From: Raillietiella orientalis
Taxonomy: Eukaryota
NCBI GenBank assembly: GCA_036172245.1
Contig: JAYWIR010000032.1
Coordinates: forward strand, 2,356,001-2,420,000
DNA: 64,000 nucleotides
Direction: 5' to 3'
Shown: positions 12,665-25,465 of the stretch, one piece after another
Layout of the letters: each line of letters begins with the position of its first letter
Position numbering within the stretch: position 1 is the stretch's first letter
Notes under the pieces: model-generated
What the model saw: only the letters and a program-made list of their open reading frames with translations
Databases searched by the model: none
Told to the model about the DNA's origin: nothing
Position numbers and translations under genes: made by a program

Positions 12665-15600
12665 TGTGTGCATGTAGCAAGCCACAGTTTCTCTGGTTAA
12701 CTTGGTCTTATACATAGCTCTTAGGAAGTACTGTTTTTTGTACTTCTGTAACAGGAACATCAGGAACATGTTGCACTATCAGACTTTGAGCACTTCCATT
12801 CATAATGGGTGTTCTTCAGAAGTGCTCGGTGTTTTCAATCCCAGAAGATGCTGGGGTTTGCTGTTGGTGTTTTGTGTACATCAATGGAGACATGTTCAGG
12901 AACGTTATTATTATAAATTATTTTTGTGTGCACCACATGTCCATATGTAGCTGGTGCATGCATCAGCAAGAGTATGCATATACATTCCTGAATTCACTTC
13001 ATATCTCATTTGTCATTTGAAGTTTGGAAAACTAGAGTCATGTACCAAACTGTTATTTTCGTCACGTTTGTTTAGCAAGAAACTGTTCGAACCAACATCT
13101 GTCAGATAGTTTATATTACATGTGGAATTATATAAAGGTTGATTATTTAATAATAATAATAATAGTATAGTATTCCAATTTGTGTTTAAGCACACTAGTA
13201 GCAAATAATGTAGGGCAGTTCAGTGCTTGTGTTACCAGTATTGTTTTTGCATAAATTTTATATATGGAACTATGGATTTTACGTCAAACAAAGACCATAT
13301 TTATTTTTATTTTATTATTTTTGTTCTGATTGGTTTTAACAATAAAAGTTGTAAAATTCAAGGTCACAATTTGTTTTTGATCTGATTTTTTTGTTTTTGC
13401 TTTGAATTTTTAGTTCACTTTGTGAAGTTTGTCAAGTTTAGTAATGTTAATCATTATTCATTTTAGCAACTGCTTCATTTTTACACTGCACCTAGTGTGA
13501 AGCTGGCTAATCGCGGAAGCGTTTTCAAAGACTAGGGGGTGTCGGTGGTCTCGTGAGGTTAAGTCTTATCCAGCGAGTCAGTTGTCGAACTTTCCTACAG
13601 ACGGGTTGTTGTTTGTGTATTTTTGCTGCTGCTGCTGTTGTGGATATTATGGCCCGTTTAGGGAATTATTTTTAGGTTGTCTTTCAACTTTGATGACTGC
13701 TGACAGATTGGTTCCAATCTTGAAAGCTGACCAAAGTTGTGAGGCGTGATCCTCCTTTCTTCCCTTCTTTCGTGTGCGAATTTCCCACTCGGATTTTCCC
13801 CACAAAAAATGTTTCCTCGCGATTTAACCGCACGAGGTGAAAATCGACTTCTGGGACTCCTGCTGGCATTTCAGCATGACGGCCGATACGAGCCTCGAGC
13901 CTTTTGCCCTTATGCCTCGTTCACAGGTCAGGACCACTGGTTGCAACGTGCCTTCAAACGTGTCAACTTTGAAACGCACCCTTTGGTCCAGCAAGTTCTT
14001 TATAGGTCCTTGCTTGTGATGACTCCATTTCTTTCTTGGCTACGTGTAGTTCGTGTCAGCGTGGGAAGCTTGGGTCCAGTTCTGCATGTAGACTCGGAAG
14101 AATTTTTGCATACCCATTATCTGTTAGTATGAAAACAGTAGTGTAACGCAAAGATGTGTTCTGCCTTCTCCCTGTGGAAAACCGTTTCGTTTTCGACGGG
14201 ATCCACCCATCCCGGATAACCAGTTCTCCAGGGTATTCATCTCGGGATTTGTAACCATTAGATTGAAACAAGCGAAGTGGTGCCACCCCACGATCCCAAT
14301 TTCTAAAATTAGATTTCAGTTTATTTTTGTGTGACTTACCGAAGTTCATTTTGATACTGCAGTATCATTGCGCAGAAACCGTTCCAGGCTCAAAGTGCAA
14401 TGCCAACGATGGTTTGGAAAATTCGAATATGTGTGCCCTTGAAAATCGCTCCCAACGATAAATTGATTATTCTTCAGCGAAAGATTCGGGAAGAAAAACG
14501 AGAATGCACCAGATTTAATATCACAGTGACAAAAGGAGGGAGTTTGAAATTCTTCTCCTCGTGCCCGATAAATTCCATCTCACCGATGATCTCACTTTGT
14601 CATCTCGTTGAGCTGCACAGCTCGGTGCATTTTACTTCATTCCAAAGGCAGTGGACGTATCATTTTATGCTTCAGGATTATTTACATACACTTGGTTCTC
14701 ACGTGTGGCTCGTCTGATACGTAGAGCTATTTGTTTCCGGTCTCTTTGTTCTTCATAGTGTCATTCAAGTATCATTACAATTCAGCTTTTCAAGAAAATG
14801 CAGGCGTGATCGCCAGAAATGTGTTCGGAAATCATCAAAGAACTTTTTAAACGGTACTGGCTCAAAAGTGAGCATTCCGCTATCCATATTAGTACAGTAC
14901 TTGATATAGCATATTCGTCATATTCATGAATTTATTGGTTTTGTCCTTCATTTATTCGATGGGTAAAAAGCATTTACTATACCCGGACGATTGATGCCAC
15001 TGCATAAGTTTCATGCATGAGATGCAGAATGCTGGGCCAATATGTCACCTGCATAAGTAAAGCATTGATAAAGTTTTAGACGACCGCTAAAATTGTTGCC
15101 AGAGTTTCGAGATAATCTTTAAATTTATCGAAAGTTTTCTAGGTGCATATCATTAAAGAATTGCCATTAAGGCATAAGAATTTCTCTTTCTTTTGCAGAA
15201 TAGTTTTCCAAATTTACTCAGGGGATCAAAATCTGCAAGAGAAATCAAATACATTCGACGGAATACGGCGATTAGCATTGCACGTCTTGTTGGAATGAAC
15301 GATGTCTGTTTGTTACAGTGCATAAAAGGTTTAAACAAAATACCAGACTCCAAACAAAATTCCATGTTCATTCGTAGACGAACACTTCTGGACTTACATC
15401 TATGCAGATGAAGCTCTCTGGAACTAGTATGTCTAGAAATGTACACAAGCTAATCGTTCTAGGCAATGCAACATGGTGGCGCCTGAAGTGTCCCGCTGTT
15501 TCAACAGCACTATCGACGAAATACAAAACCTGCCAATGTAAAAAGCGTACTAAATGACTAAATGTTATACAATTCAAGACAATAGCACTTAAAACCATAC

Positions 15601-17309
15601 TTCCTTCAATTATGTAAATGTTTTAGTGAATGAAAGCTGAATTTAAGGCCTCTCTTGAAAGTAGGGAGCCAAAGCCAGTTCTTACGCCTTCTTGATCAAA
15701 ACCGGTTCCAAATAGTTGAAATTACATATTCTCACCGTGTTGTCTGTACTTCTGGACAGTAGTAGAAAAAGCAAATAACTCCTTAAATGGAGAATCAATC
15801 AGATGATTTCTGAGTCACCTGGTCTAACAAGTATGCGGGGTTGTCAAAAAGTAGAAGGAGATGATACTTGGTCGAACTAATAAAAAAGATAACTTCCAAA
15901 GTTGTTTTAAAAAATGTCAATCAAAGGAGGTATTGTTGAAATAAGTGGAATCCACTAGAGTTATACAAGACAAACCATCTGCACCCTCGAGTCATAGAGA
16001 AAAATCAGTATTCTACAAAAATTTCCATCAGTTTACAATGATAGCTACAGCACTTCCAGATAATCTATTCAATAGCTTTCCTATCTCGTGGAGATTGGCT
16101 AAAGAGTAGCAAGAAAAGCAAAGAACAAAACAGTAAGGTGCTTGCTAAAATGAATTCTGGTTTGGCCTAGGTAAATGTATATGACCTGAGTACATAAAGA
16201 AGCGTAAACGTAACCAAAGAACAAGATTTCTACCTTGTAATAAAAGCGAATGTGGATACAACGATTGATGTATTCTTCCCATCACAACCTGGAAGGAAAT
16301 AGATATCGAGCTAATCGAAAACACGAAGCGATTTTAAAAAAAATACTTTTATCTTTCTAGTTTCCTTTTCCGATCTCTATGCATCTAGTAATCAAATAAA
16401 ATATTGTTCTTGAATGTAAACGCATATTCTTCTGATTACCTCCTTTAAGGACTGTTGGAAGAGATTGAAAGATGAAGTAGAGCAAAACTGGGAGATTAAA
16501 ATGAACCAATGTAAACTATTATCCTTTTTGCCCACTCAAATTCTTGCAGAAGAGCATTCCTTTGTATTTCATCCAAAAAATATGACTAAAATGTGTCCTT
16601 TTCGAAGCAAGGGTGAGCCATATTATGAATCTGATTTTTCTTTTAAACTCTTTCTTTGAAACCTTGTATACTTTTCTTTATCTCTTTGTGTTTCCCTTTT
16701 CTTGGATTAATTGTCTAGTTTTTAATCAACTACCTTTTAAAATGAGGGTCAAATCAAAACAAGTGATTCAAGAAAAAAGTGAATCTGATCCCTCCGTGCG
16801 CCGCTTGCAGCCTAAGCACATTTCGGATGGGATTTCGAAACGTAGGGCGTTGGCAACCCTGGGGCTTTATTGCCGAGACCGCACATCACTGCAGACTGGC
16901 GGGTGTGGAGAAAGTGCTTCACGATGCGTGCTGGATGATAGTTCATTGTTTGTTTGTAATTTTGTAATCATGACCGAGTGCAATGGAATTGTTGTTTCAT
17001 CAAATTGCTGATGACAAAGCACATCTCGTTTTGCTTCTGTCGCTTTCTTTTTCATATAAAATAGCGTAGAGTTACCAAAGCTAAAGTAATGAAAGATACG
17101 TTAAGTGTGAAATAGGTGTTGTGAAGCTTTGAAAATGGTATTGGTTCTGAGCATTTGTAAGCAAGGCCTCGTAGTAGAGTTTTGCTTGCATTTTTTGTTG
17201 TTTACAATGCTTTGTTTCCAATTGGATAATAACAAGTCTAATCACTGTGCTCTCTAATGTAAGACAGGAGTGCACTTTTCGCACTATGTGCAACCCAGTG
17301 ACGTAAAAG

Positions 17310-17965
17310 ATGTCTGTGGAAGAATTTGAAGCAGCATGCAGTGAATTAAACGCATCGACGACTTTGACGGTGACAGTCCCACCGCATCGACAACAGGTAC
17401 TCTCTCAGCTTTTTGCCACCATGTCTACTGTACACTGTGTGTACGGCAGACGAGATGCCAACGAGATGTACTGCGAAGGTGTGTATCGTTGGCATGATGT
17501 CTAACGCGTAAATTGGAAAACAAATTATGCTGTGATTAAAGAGAGAGGGAGAGAGAAAAAGAATAGCATTTCTTGAAAAATGTCATGTATGAATGGTTTT
17601 ATTGGACAGATGTCCCATGATTTCTCTCGATGTAACGAAATTGGATTTTTACTATCTGTAGTAAACGTGCATGTTTTTTTATTGTTTTTTTTTTTTTTTT
17701 TTTCCAGTGCCCAGTGTTGCACTTGCGCCTTCATAAGCCTCCTTCTAAGAAAAGAGTGGGTTGGCACAAGGACACAGTAGACAATGAACACTTGAACAGA
17801 AGGAAATCAAAATGTAAGGTTGAAAAACTGCTACCATTGTGTTACCCTTTTCTGTCAGGTTGCTGTATATACCACAAACCTCGTTTGTTTGGAGAGAGCT
17901 CATCTGAAGATGAAGAAGAAGAATGTAGCAATTGCCACGGTCATGAAATAAAAAAAGTACCATGA
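17310..17965 (+). CDS. PPP1R11: Protein phosphatase 1 inhibitor-3 (PPP1R11/Ypi1); exons 17310-17396, 17708-17813, 17859-17965
   Basis: [53 protein letters not shown] contains the RVxW PP1-binding motif, VDNEHL and KSKCCCIY hallmarks. Confidence 0.95.
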
Positions 17966-17977
17966 ACTGACATACAG

Positions 17978-19798
17978 TTATCGTTTGCAGAGGGCAGGAG
18001 ATTTCCATACTCTAAGAATAGAGTCATCACCTGCAGTGATCATGATTTCAGGGTTTGCTGGATTGAAGGCCACACAATTAACTACATCCCCATGGTATAA
18101 TCTACGCAGACATATTCCATAATGTCGATCCCAAATATAAGCATGTGAGTCCTCAGCTCCACTGGCCACTAGATCTTGGCACACATCCACAAACAGAAAA
18201 TAATAAGTATCACTAGCTGTGAAGGCACGATGGCTATGGAAATAGCGCCTGCTGCCTGCTGCCGGATCCCAGAGATCGATCTCGTGTAGCTCTATTTCCT
18301 CAGCAATTGGAAGAGGAGACAGAGGATCAAGAATTTGACAGCCTCGAGGCCATGGTCTGCTATTGACATACAGATAACTTAGCAGCATTTTGTGGTTTTT
18401 TGGGGTGATTTGACACTCACCGCTGATCTGGACTGACACCTAATCCCACAATATATCCCTGAAGGTCAAGCACACAATCAGGCTGACTGTAGAAATGAGT
18501 AGAGAACAAGTTTGGTTCAGGTTCATGAGTTGCGGCCAATCTCTCACTCAGGGGGGGAACAGATGGGATGCGATTTACAAAAGAAAAGGGAGGAATGCGC
18601 TTCAATCCTGCTAGCCTAAGCATGCTTGCTTTGGTTTACTCTTGCCACCTACCTAATTTGTGAGGGACAAATGCATAGGTACCTGTAGTGAAAATGAGTA
18701 ATTTGTGAGATGCTTCATTGATGCCCTCTACTTCCTCTTCACTGTCATCATCAGCTGTGGATGGAGTGCACTGGTCTCCTCCTCCTATAGGTGCCAAAGG
18801 ACCTTGTGAAGGGCAATCCACTATTTGGAGGAATTTCACAGATTCGTTGTTGGTATTGGCAAAATGAAACAGAGGACTCATGACTGCCCGTTTTGCTGAC
18901 TGAGTCTCTTGGGAAGCACGGTTGAGCCACAACATGGATTGGCTATCCATTTCAGTTGGCAATATCATATTGCTGGAGATGAGCACCTGGTCACTATACC
19001 ATGCGCTGAAGGCATCACATGGTCGATTACTAATTCTACTCTGAAGTAACAAAGTGCTGCTGATCAAAAATACAGCTATCTCTCCAAATATTGAGTTCTC
19101 GGAATGCCTTCCACACACCAACAACAGGGTGTCAGATGCATTGAACTGAGAGAACTGTGTGTCACCCCAACGTAAGGATCTCATATCTTGTGTATCTCGA
19201 ATGTGTGATGGGGAACCAAAATCCCATAGGAACACACAAGCATCTATGCAGCATGTGGAGAACATGCTCCCATCATGGGAGAAGCTGATATGGAGTACTC
19301 GATCGGTATGTTTCTGTAGATGCTCAGTTTCAACTGACGGGACATTCCAATACATCTTATGGTATTGCCTATACCAGCAGTTTTCTCCTACCAATAGTTG
19401 ATATTGTGGTTATCAAATGATTGAAACTATGGATACCGAATTATGCATGAAAACAAAACGGTATGGAATTTGCGGTATACGGTTTTACTATAGCACGGCG
19501 ATATAAGGTGGCAGTATTGGTACAAAAAAAAAAAAAAAAGGCGATTCTTACCGGGTGGCAAATCGTACGGGGGTGGGATACGATAGTCCCTGATTAGCAG
19601 TCCTTTCCACAGACTATTATCCCTGGCAATGCGGTTCCATCGTCTACAGACGCGTGACACACGGCACAAATCTTTGGCCGACAAAGTGGAAAATATTTGT
19701 AATAGAATTACGTCGGGTAAGGCACTGCAGTAGCCACATGCGTCATCTGCAGACGAGCCTTCAGTACGACTGCATTGTTCCATCTGCACTTCATACAT
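17978..19798 (-). CDS. FBXW5: F-box/WD-repeat protein 5; exons 19798-19552, 19387-18653, 18607-18421, 18377-17978
   Basis: F-box LPDVILLQIFSTL...RVCRRWNRIARDNSLW. HTDRVLHISFSHDG. FSQFNASDTLLLV. IVGLGVSPDQRYLYVNSRPWP. VASGAEDSHAYIWDRHYGICL...HGDVVNCVAFNP. All typical of FBXW5. Confidence 0.95.
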
Positions 19799-20249
19799 CC
19801 TCCAGATTCTCCGGTGTGCATTCACACACACAGGAAAAAGTCACGTAAGGCTACCGGCGGTGGCGCAAAGCACAGCATGGCAAGTGCAAGTCGTGCTCTA
19901 CCAGCCATCCTGCTGCAAAACGTTCCACCGACTTAGTTGGATCACATCGACTGCCACAAATCGATGCAGCAGACGTTCACTTTCGCGCGAGGATGGGCAG
20001 CGCGCCGCGCTGCATTGCAGCCGCGCCGTCACGACGCAGGCACACATGTGGCACACATGTGGCCAGCAACCACACGGGGGAACGCGCAACTGGAAATTTG
20101 GCAACAAGCGTGCGGAGGCCCGACATGGAAGCAGTTGCATCATCACTCTTCGCAGGGAACATCCCGACAGGGGAAAGACTGCATTGCGGTGCTATCTACC
20201 TTCTGGTTCTCCATACGCCAATAACAGAGCCAAAAAAAAAAAAAACATG

Positions 20250-20470
20250 ACCTTCCAAAGGCTGCGACTCAAACTTTGTAATCGACTGCACGCGCCACTT
20301 GTAACCTAGCTGACATCTGCAACCCTTACATCTTTCGGAAACTTTCCTGGGAGGGCTCTTTATCTCCCCGAATTATACGTTATGGTTCTCGGCACGCCAA
20401 ATTGATGTGCCAATGCATCCCACGGCTCACTTTGAAACGCGCTCATCCACAGCGGACGCGACACCAAGGC
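20250..20470 (-). mobile_element. Possible decayed LTR-retrotransposon (Gypsy-type) integrase remnant
   Basis: ...HQFGVPRTITYNSGR followed downstream by KFESQ resembles the integrase core motif 'RFGVPxxITTDxGxQFES'. Interrupted. Confidence 0.3.
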
Positions 20471-23400
20471 GTCTTCGGCGGTTCCGCGTCGGATGCGAAA
20501 GAATCTGAAGGGCTGCGGTGTCGCCCCATTCGAAGCGTCCTTGCAGATCAACACGAAAGCTTCCATCCGTTCTTCTCCTGTTCACGGTGGTCGGGGAATC
20601 AGCGCTTCTGAAGGGTTGGCCAGGGCTCCAGCTAAGCCGGTCCCACGGTTTCCTCCGTTCGCAGTTGCGTTTTCTTCCTTCCATCTGACGATGACGAATC
20701 CGAAAGAGATTGCTTCTCCGGCTCCCCAGCGAAGCAGCCAGCGATCGAGCAACACTTACGAACGCGCTGCGCGTCTCGTTCCACATGCGTGAACTCCGAC
20801 AAAACTTGCGAGCGGTTCGAATGGAGTTCGCTTTGATTGCGCCTCGCCCGAACTACTTGGGCAGGATTTCCGGGGATCAGAGCCCAAAGCCAAGAAGAGT
20901 TCCCTTCGTCCGTGCGACTCGTGCCCGGCCTCGTGAACCTCCTCAGAAGCCACGCGCCACGCCACAGAAGTGTCTTGAGTTCGTGTCCCATGGTTTCAAC
21001 AGAAGCCGGACTTGGCCTCTCGTTTGGCCAAATTAGCGACGAGCGGTGAAACCAAGAACAAAAGGAAGGACGCAGCAAGCACAATGAATTACGATGAAAC
21101 TGGTGCGCCCTACGGTCCGGAAAGGGATGTCCTTGCCTCTGCTTTTGTCCTCAAGAATCAGGTGATGACCCACTTGACTCCGCAAGAGGGTGCTCCAAGT
21201 AACCAAAACGACCAAGAGCACAACGGGAGGTGAAGAAGAGGGGAACAGAAACAGAGCAAGAACCAGGAAAGTGGCTCAGGAATGTCAAATCTGCAGCGAA
21301 CGGCGGCTGCAGGAAGCCCAGATGGGCGGGTTGCGCAGGTGTAGACTTCCTGTACTTCATCCGACAGTCTGTGGTCGCAGAAGCCCCCCTGTAGGCATTG
21401 AGTCGTGCCAATTCGAATGCTGGAGATTCCTGGTTCACAGAAGCACGAGAAACGCTGCCTGCGGAGGGTTCAAGCGGAACCAGTCGACATTCGCAGAGGA
21501 CGCGTTCCATTAGCCTTTCAACCAACGCTGATAGCTTGCCTGCGGGCACCTGCACTGCACAGACATTGGTCAGTTACGAGCACTGCCATCCCAACCAAAT
21601 GTTCTGATGAACAATCGATGGTTTCATGCCAGCTTAGATGGGATGTAATTGGCTTAATTACATGGAAGCACTGAGGATCGATATCGATCGACCTGGAGTT
21701 TCTTCCAAGGGTGGGGGAGCGCGCTTCCCCATCGATCCGCTCCTGCCGAACGGTAGGGCTTTCCCTCTTCACTTTCCAGATCCCCACCGTCTCGCTTCCA
21801 CGCACCTTTCCGGCCTTTTCCCTGAGCTCAAGGTGGATGGCGCGGATGCGAGCCGCTGCCTCCAGAGCAGCAGCAGGGTCCTCGGTCGGAACGAGTTGAA
21901 GAGGGCGAAAAGGTCCCTCACCAGCCCCTGCGTTCAGAGATACCTGCGAGGGCAGCGCGAGACTAGAGAGTTCCCAGGGAGGGCCGGAAGCGAAAGGCGT
22001 CCGTGAAGAAGTGACGAACCTTCCCTTCTTCCGAGCTCGTGCTTCGCTTCCGCGGAGGAATTCTCAGCCGAGAAGGGGAGGAAGGCACACTCTTTCCGTG
22101 GAGGACGAGGATCAGAGAACGAGGGTTCTCCAGAGGCAGTCGTCCAGAACTTGGGTCACGATCTCTGCGCTGGAGGAATCGCTGCCGCTTCAGCCCGAAT
22201 TCCGGAACGGTCCGTAACTTTTAGCATGCCCCAAGCCCATAAGGGCCTTCCGCAACATCTTTCTCCCAGGTCTGAATCAGCAAGCCTCAGGGGCAACCAG
22301 CTGCTTGCACTGAAGGGCCTTGGGGGGAGCGATCTCTAGCCCTGGATGACTTCCGGCAGCGATACGCCTAGCGGAACGCTTGGTCTCCGGGTAGCTCCGC
22401 TGCTCGCGCTCGCCGAGTCCGAGAAAATCTGAGGGCCCGCTCTCCTTCTCTTTGCGTGTCCCTACTTTTTTTTCTTTTTCTTTCCTGATAGCGTAAGTGG
22501 GCAGCTCTGCAGAAATCATCTTTGCCGATCAGAAGGGCAAGAGGGACCCTCTCCCCCATGGATGAAGGGTGCTGCACTTCCTCTACGGGTTTCCTGTCTT
22601 TGTCTGCCTTTTTCCGCTCCCGCTGTTGAAGTCCCTGGCTGTGGACCTGCAGCCAGCTGTAGCTCCGGATGCGGTCTTCTTAAGGCGGACAACTCGCCAT
22701 TGTCTCTCGGCAGCGACCTTCGGGATCCTCGGGAGCTGTTGGAGGACTGGTGGGAGTAGCAGCAGCAGTACCCAAACCGCCATCCACGCCCCGTCAGGGA
22801 AGCTTCGGTGTCTCCCGTGACCACGGCAGCGTCGCCAGCAGGGCAGTGCATCTCCGAGCCGGACGCTCCCGCGTGCAGGACGGGAGAGCCGAGCGCGCCA
22901 TCCATCCTTCCTGCGAAGGTGGTGCCCCACGATCCACCCTCACTGGCGAACCCCCCTCTCTGGTTGCTTCTCTCCCTTTCTCCACTACGCAGTGCAAGCC
23001 GGGAGCTCCTCAAAGGTTAATGCCGTCCCCTTGTGGCACTATGTGATCATCGGAACGCTGTGCGGGGAGCCCGCGCGGGTCGCGCCACCGACTGTGACGA
23101 GTCGCTTGCGCCGCCTCCGAATTTCGGCCGCAGGAAAGGGGTTGCGTGTGCTTGGGAGCTCCCTCTTCCCTCTAAAGACGGCCCGCAGGCGCGGCACCGG
23201 CTGGGGAAGAGGGGGTTGACTGAAGGCAAGGGCGGGAAGGAAGAGGGCAAGGTTCGAGCTCGCCTGCACGCGTTCCTTGGAAGCGCGCGCTCCGGGAGGG
23301 AAGGTGCTGAAGGCGGCCTCCTTTCCATTCTTTGAAGGTTTTCCGCCAACCTGGTTCGGCCGCCCTCCTCCCGATGGGAAGGAGGAGCCGGCGGAGCCAG

Positions 23401-25424
23401 GACGCGGTCTGTGGAAGATCCTTGCCATCTTCCGCGCGTCGGCCCAACGCGAATACGGTCCATCCGCCGAAACCACCCCGTCCGACTCCCGCGCACGAAG
23501 AATCCGTGGAACAGGAGGGAAGAGGGCTCAATACCTAGGGCCTTTCTGTCGTTGCGCGCGCCTCTCTGGGCAACCAGCCCGAGAGAAGAGCGACCACTGC
23601 AGGCTGCGTACCGCACGGCGGAGGCCGAGGAGAGCGCTCGGCGACGGTGCGCGTGTGCGCACCGCCGGGAGAGAGCACCAGCACCAGCACACCCCGAGGG
23701 GGAGGGGACGGTGGTGACCCCTTCTCGAGGGTGCACGGCCAGAGCTGGTCGCCCAGAGCGCCTCTCCTCCCGGAGATGAGAAGGTCTTCCACGTCGCACG
23801 CCCCCCGTTCCTGGAAGGGCGTTCCTGGGGGAAGCGGTGTGGCCCAAGCGGCGTGCAGTCGGGAGGAAGGCCGTCTTCTGCTTTCGGTCGCTTTGCGTGG
23901 GGATGCTGCTGGAACCGACTGTCATCGGAACCGACTGTATCCTTCGGCGGTCGTCTACTCCTTCCGCTCGGACGGACAACGTCAGCGGTTTCCGGAGTCG
24001 CCCTCCGAGCGAAACCAGGGCACCGAAGGGGCGCGGGGGCAGACGCTTCCGCCAGTCCTTCCTGTTCCCTCGGAACCTCGGGAACCCTCTCCACCTTTCC
24101 TCGAGACGGGCGCAGCTGGATGCCCTCGAGATGACCTTTCCACTCGCCCCGTGGCGTCCCGAGTGCAAGAGGCGGTGACAGTGACACCGCCCAGCTCAAA
24201 AGCACGAAACAACCGGGAAGGAGCACGTCCCGTTTGCTGAGCGGCTTTCCGGGAAAGGTCACCTGTCTCGAGGCTTTCACGAGGGTGCGCGAGCACCCAC
24301 GCAACCCTTTATGCCGCCGCCGTCTCCGCGTGCTCGTTCTCTCGCCGCTGCGGATGTAACGAATTTTTCTTTTCCTTCTTCCTTCCTTTTTTTGGGGGAG
24401 GGGGAGGAGCAGGCGTTTAGGAGTCTGCAAGCAAATTACTGCGTGTGCAAACACGCAGAAGGGAGTGTGCCCGACCGACCCGCGACGGCGGGCGCTCTCG
24501 TTGCGAAGCGAGCAGCGCGCACGCGCGTGCGTCGTGCACCTGGCGGCGACAGCCTGCAGGTGCCGAGCGAGGGAGGGCCCTGCAATGTTGGACTGGCATC
24601 CACCTGGCGGGGTTCCCGTACAGCTCCATCCCCGCCCGACCACCTCGGCCCTCCGAGCCGCGAGCACCGAGCCATTAACAAGTGGTCCGCCGGTGCTTCT
24701 TCTTCTTCTTCTTCTTTCTTTCTTTTTTTTTTTCCTCCCGGATGCGGGAGTTCCTCCCGCCTTCCCCGGGAACGGTTCCCGAAACCGCAATCAAGGATTC
24801 ATTAACTCCGAGGCCTCCGCTCGTGGAAGTTGCTCATCGAAAGAGGGAAAAAGGAGTGCCGCTATTTGAGGGGCGAGCAGGCTGGGTCTCTGCCATAAGC
24901 CCAAATTAAGCAGCCCCTTCGAATTTATAATCGAAGCGCAACTCGAAATGCGAATTAGCCGGTCGGTTCGTGTGTCGCTCTTTCGTCGTCGTCGCATTCA
25001 AAAGGGACTGTTTCTCACAGCAGCCGGAGATTAATCATCCTCCTTTTGCACAAGCTGCCTCGGATCTGGAAACTTCAAGAACCTCTCTGCACCTGATTCG
25101 CATGGCAAAACGCATGCCATTCCTTCATTCAAAGGAAGGCTCGGAAGTTCCATAATTTTCCGCGCTGAGGAGTTCATCCCGCTCCTGGGAAGCTCAGATG
25201 AGTAGGAAATAATCGTCTCGAAAGAAGCTGGCAGCACGGCAGCACCTGGACTCCAGCCGGCGTGCGGTTCGGGCGACGCGGCGTTCTTCGGGAACATCGA
25301 GTCGTCTTGAACCGTAATCTGACGAACAAATAGGAAACTGATCTTGTGAATGGACGCTTACCACTTAACGCATTAGGTGCGGTGCTGGTCGCAAGATCGT
25401 GAGGGATTCGAATGCCGCCTTCTT

Positions 25425-25429
<5 letters not shown>

Positions 25430-25462
<33 letters not shown>
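25430..25462. repeat. (TA)n microsatellite
   Basis: Uninterrupted tatata tract. Confidence 0.95.

Positions 25463-25465
<3 letters not shown>

Noticed and set aside
13700..14350. Possible LTR-element remnant (minus-frame RVRFKVDT, like a protease motif)
   Set aside because: The motif is incomplete (no DTGA) and there are no LTRs or other domains; unsupported without a search.
15100..16300. Coding-like decayed sequence, possible transposase
   Set aside because: Multiple stops in every frame examined; no family motif or terminal repeats recognised.
16780..16950. CpG-rich patch considered as an ncRNA gene
   Set aside because: No tRNA/snRNA/SRP signatures recognised; more likely promoter-related sequence upstream of PPP1R11.
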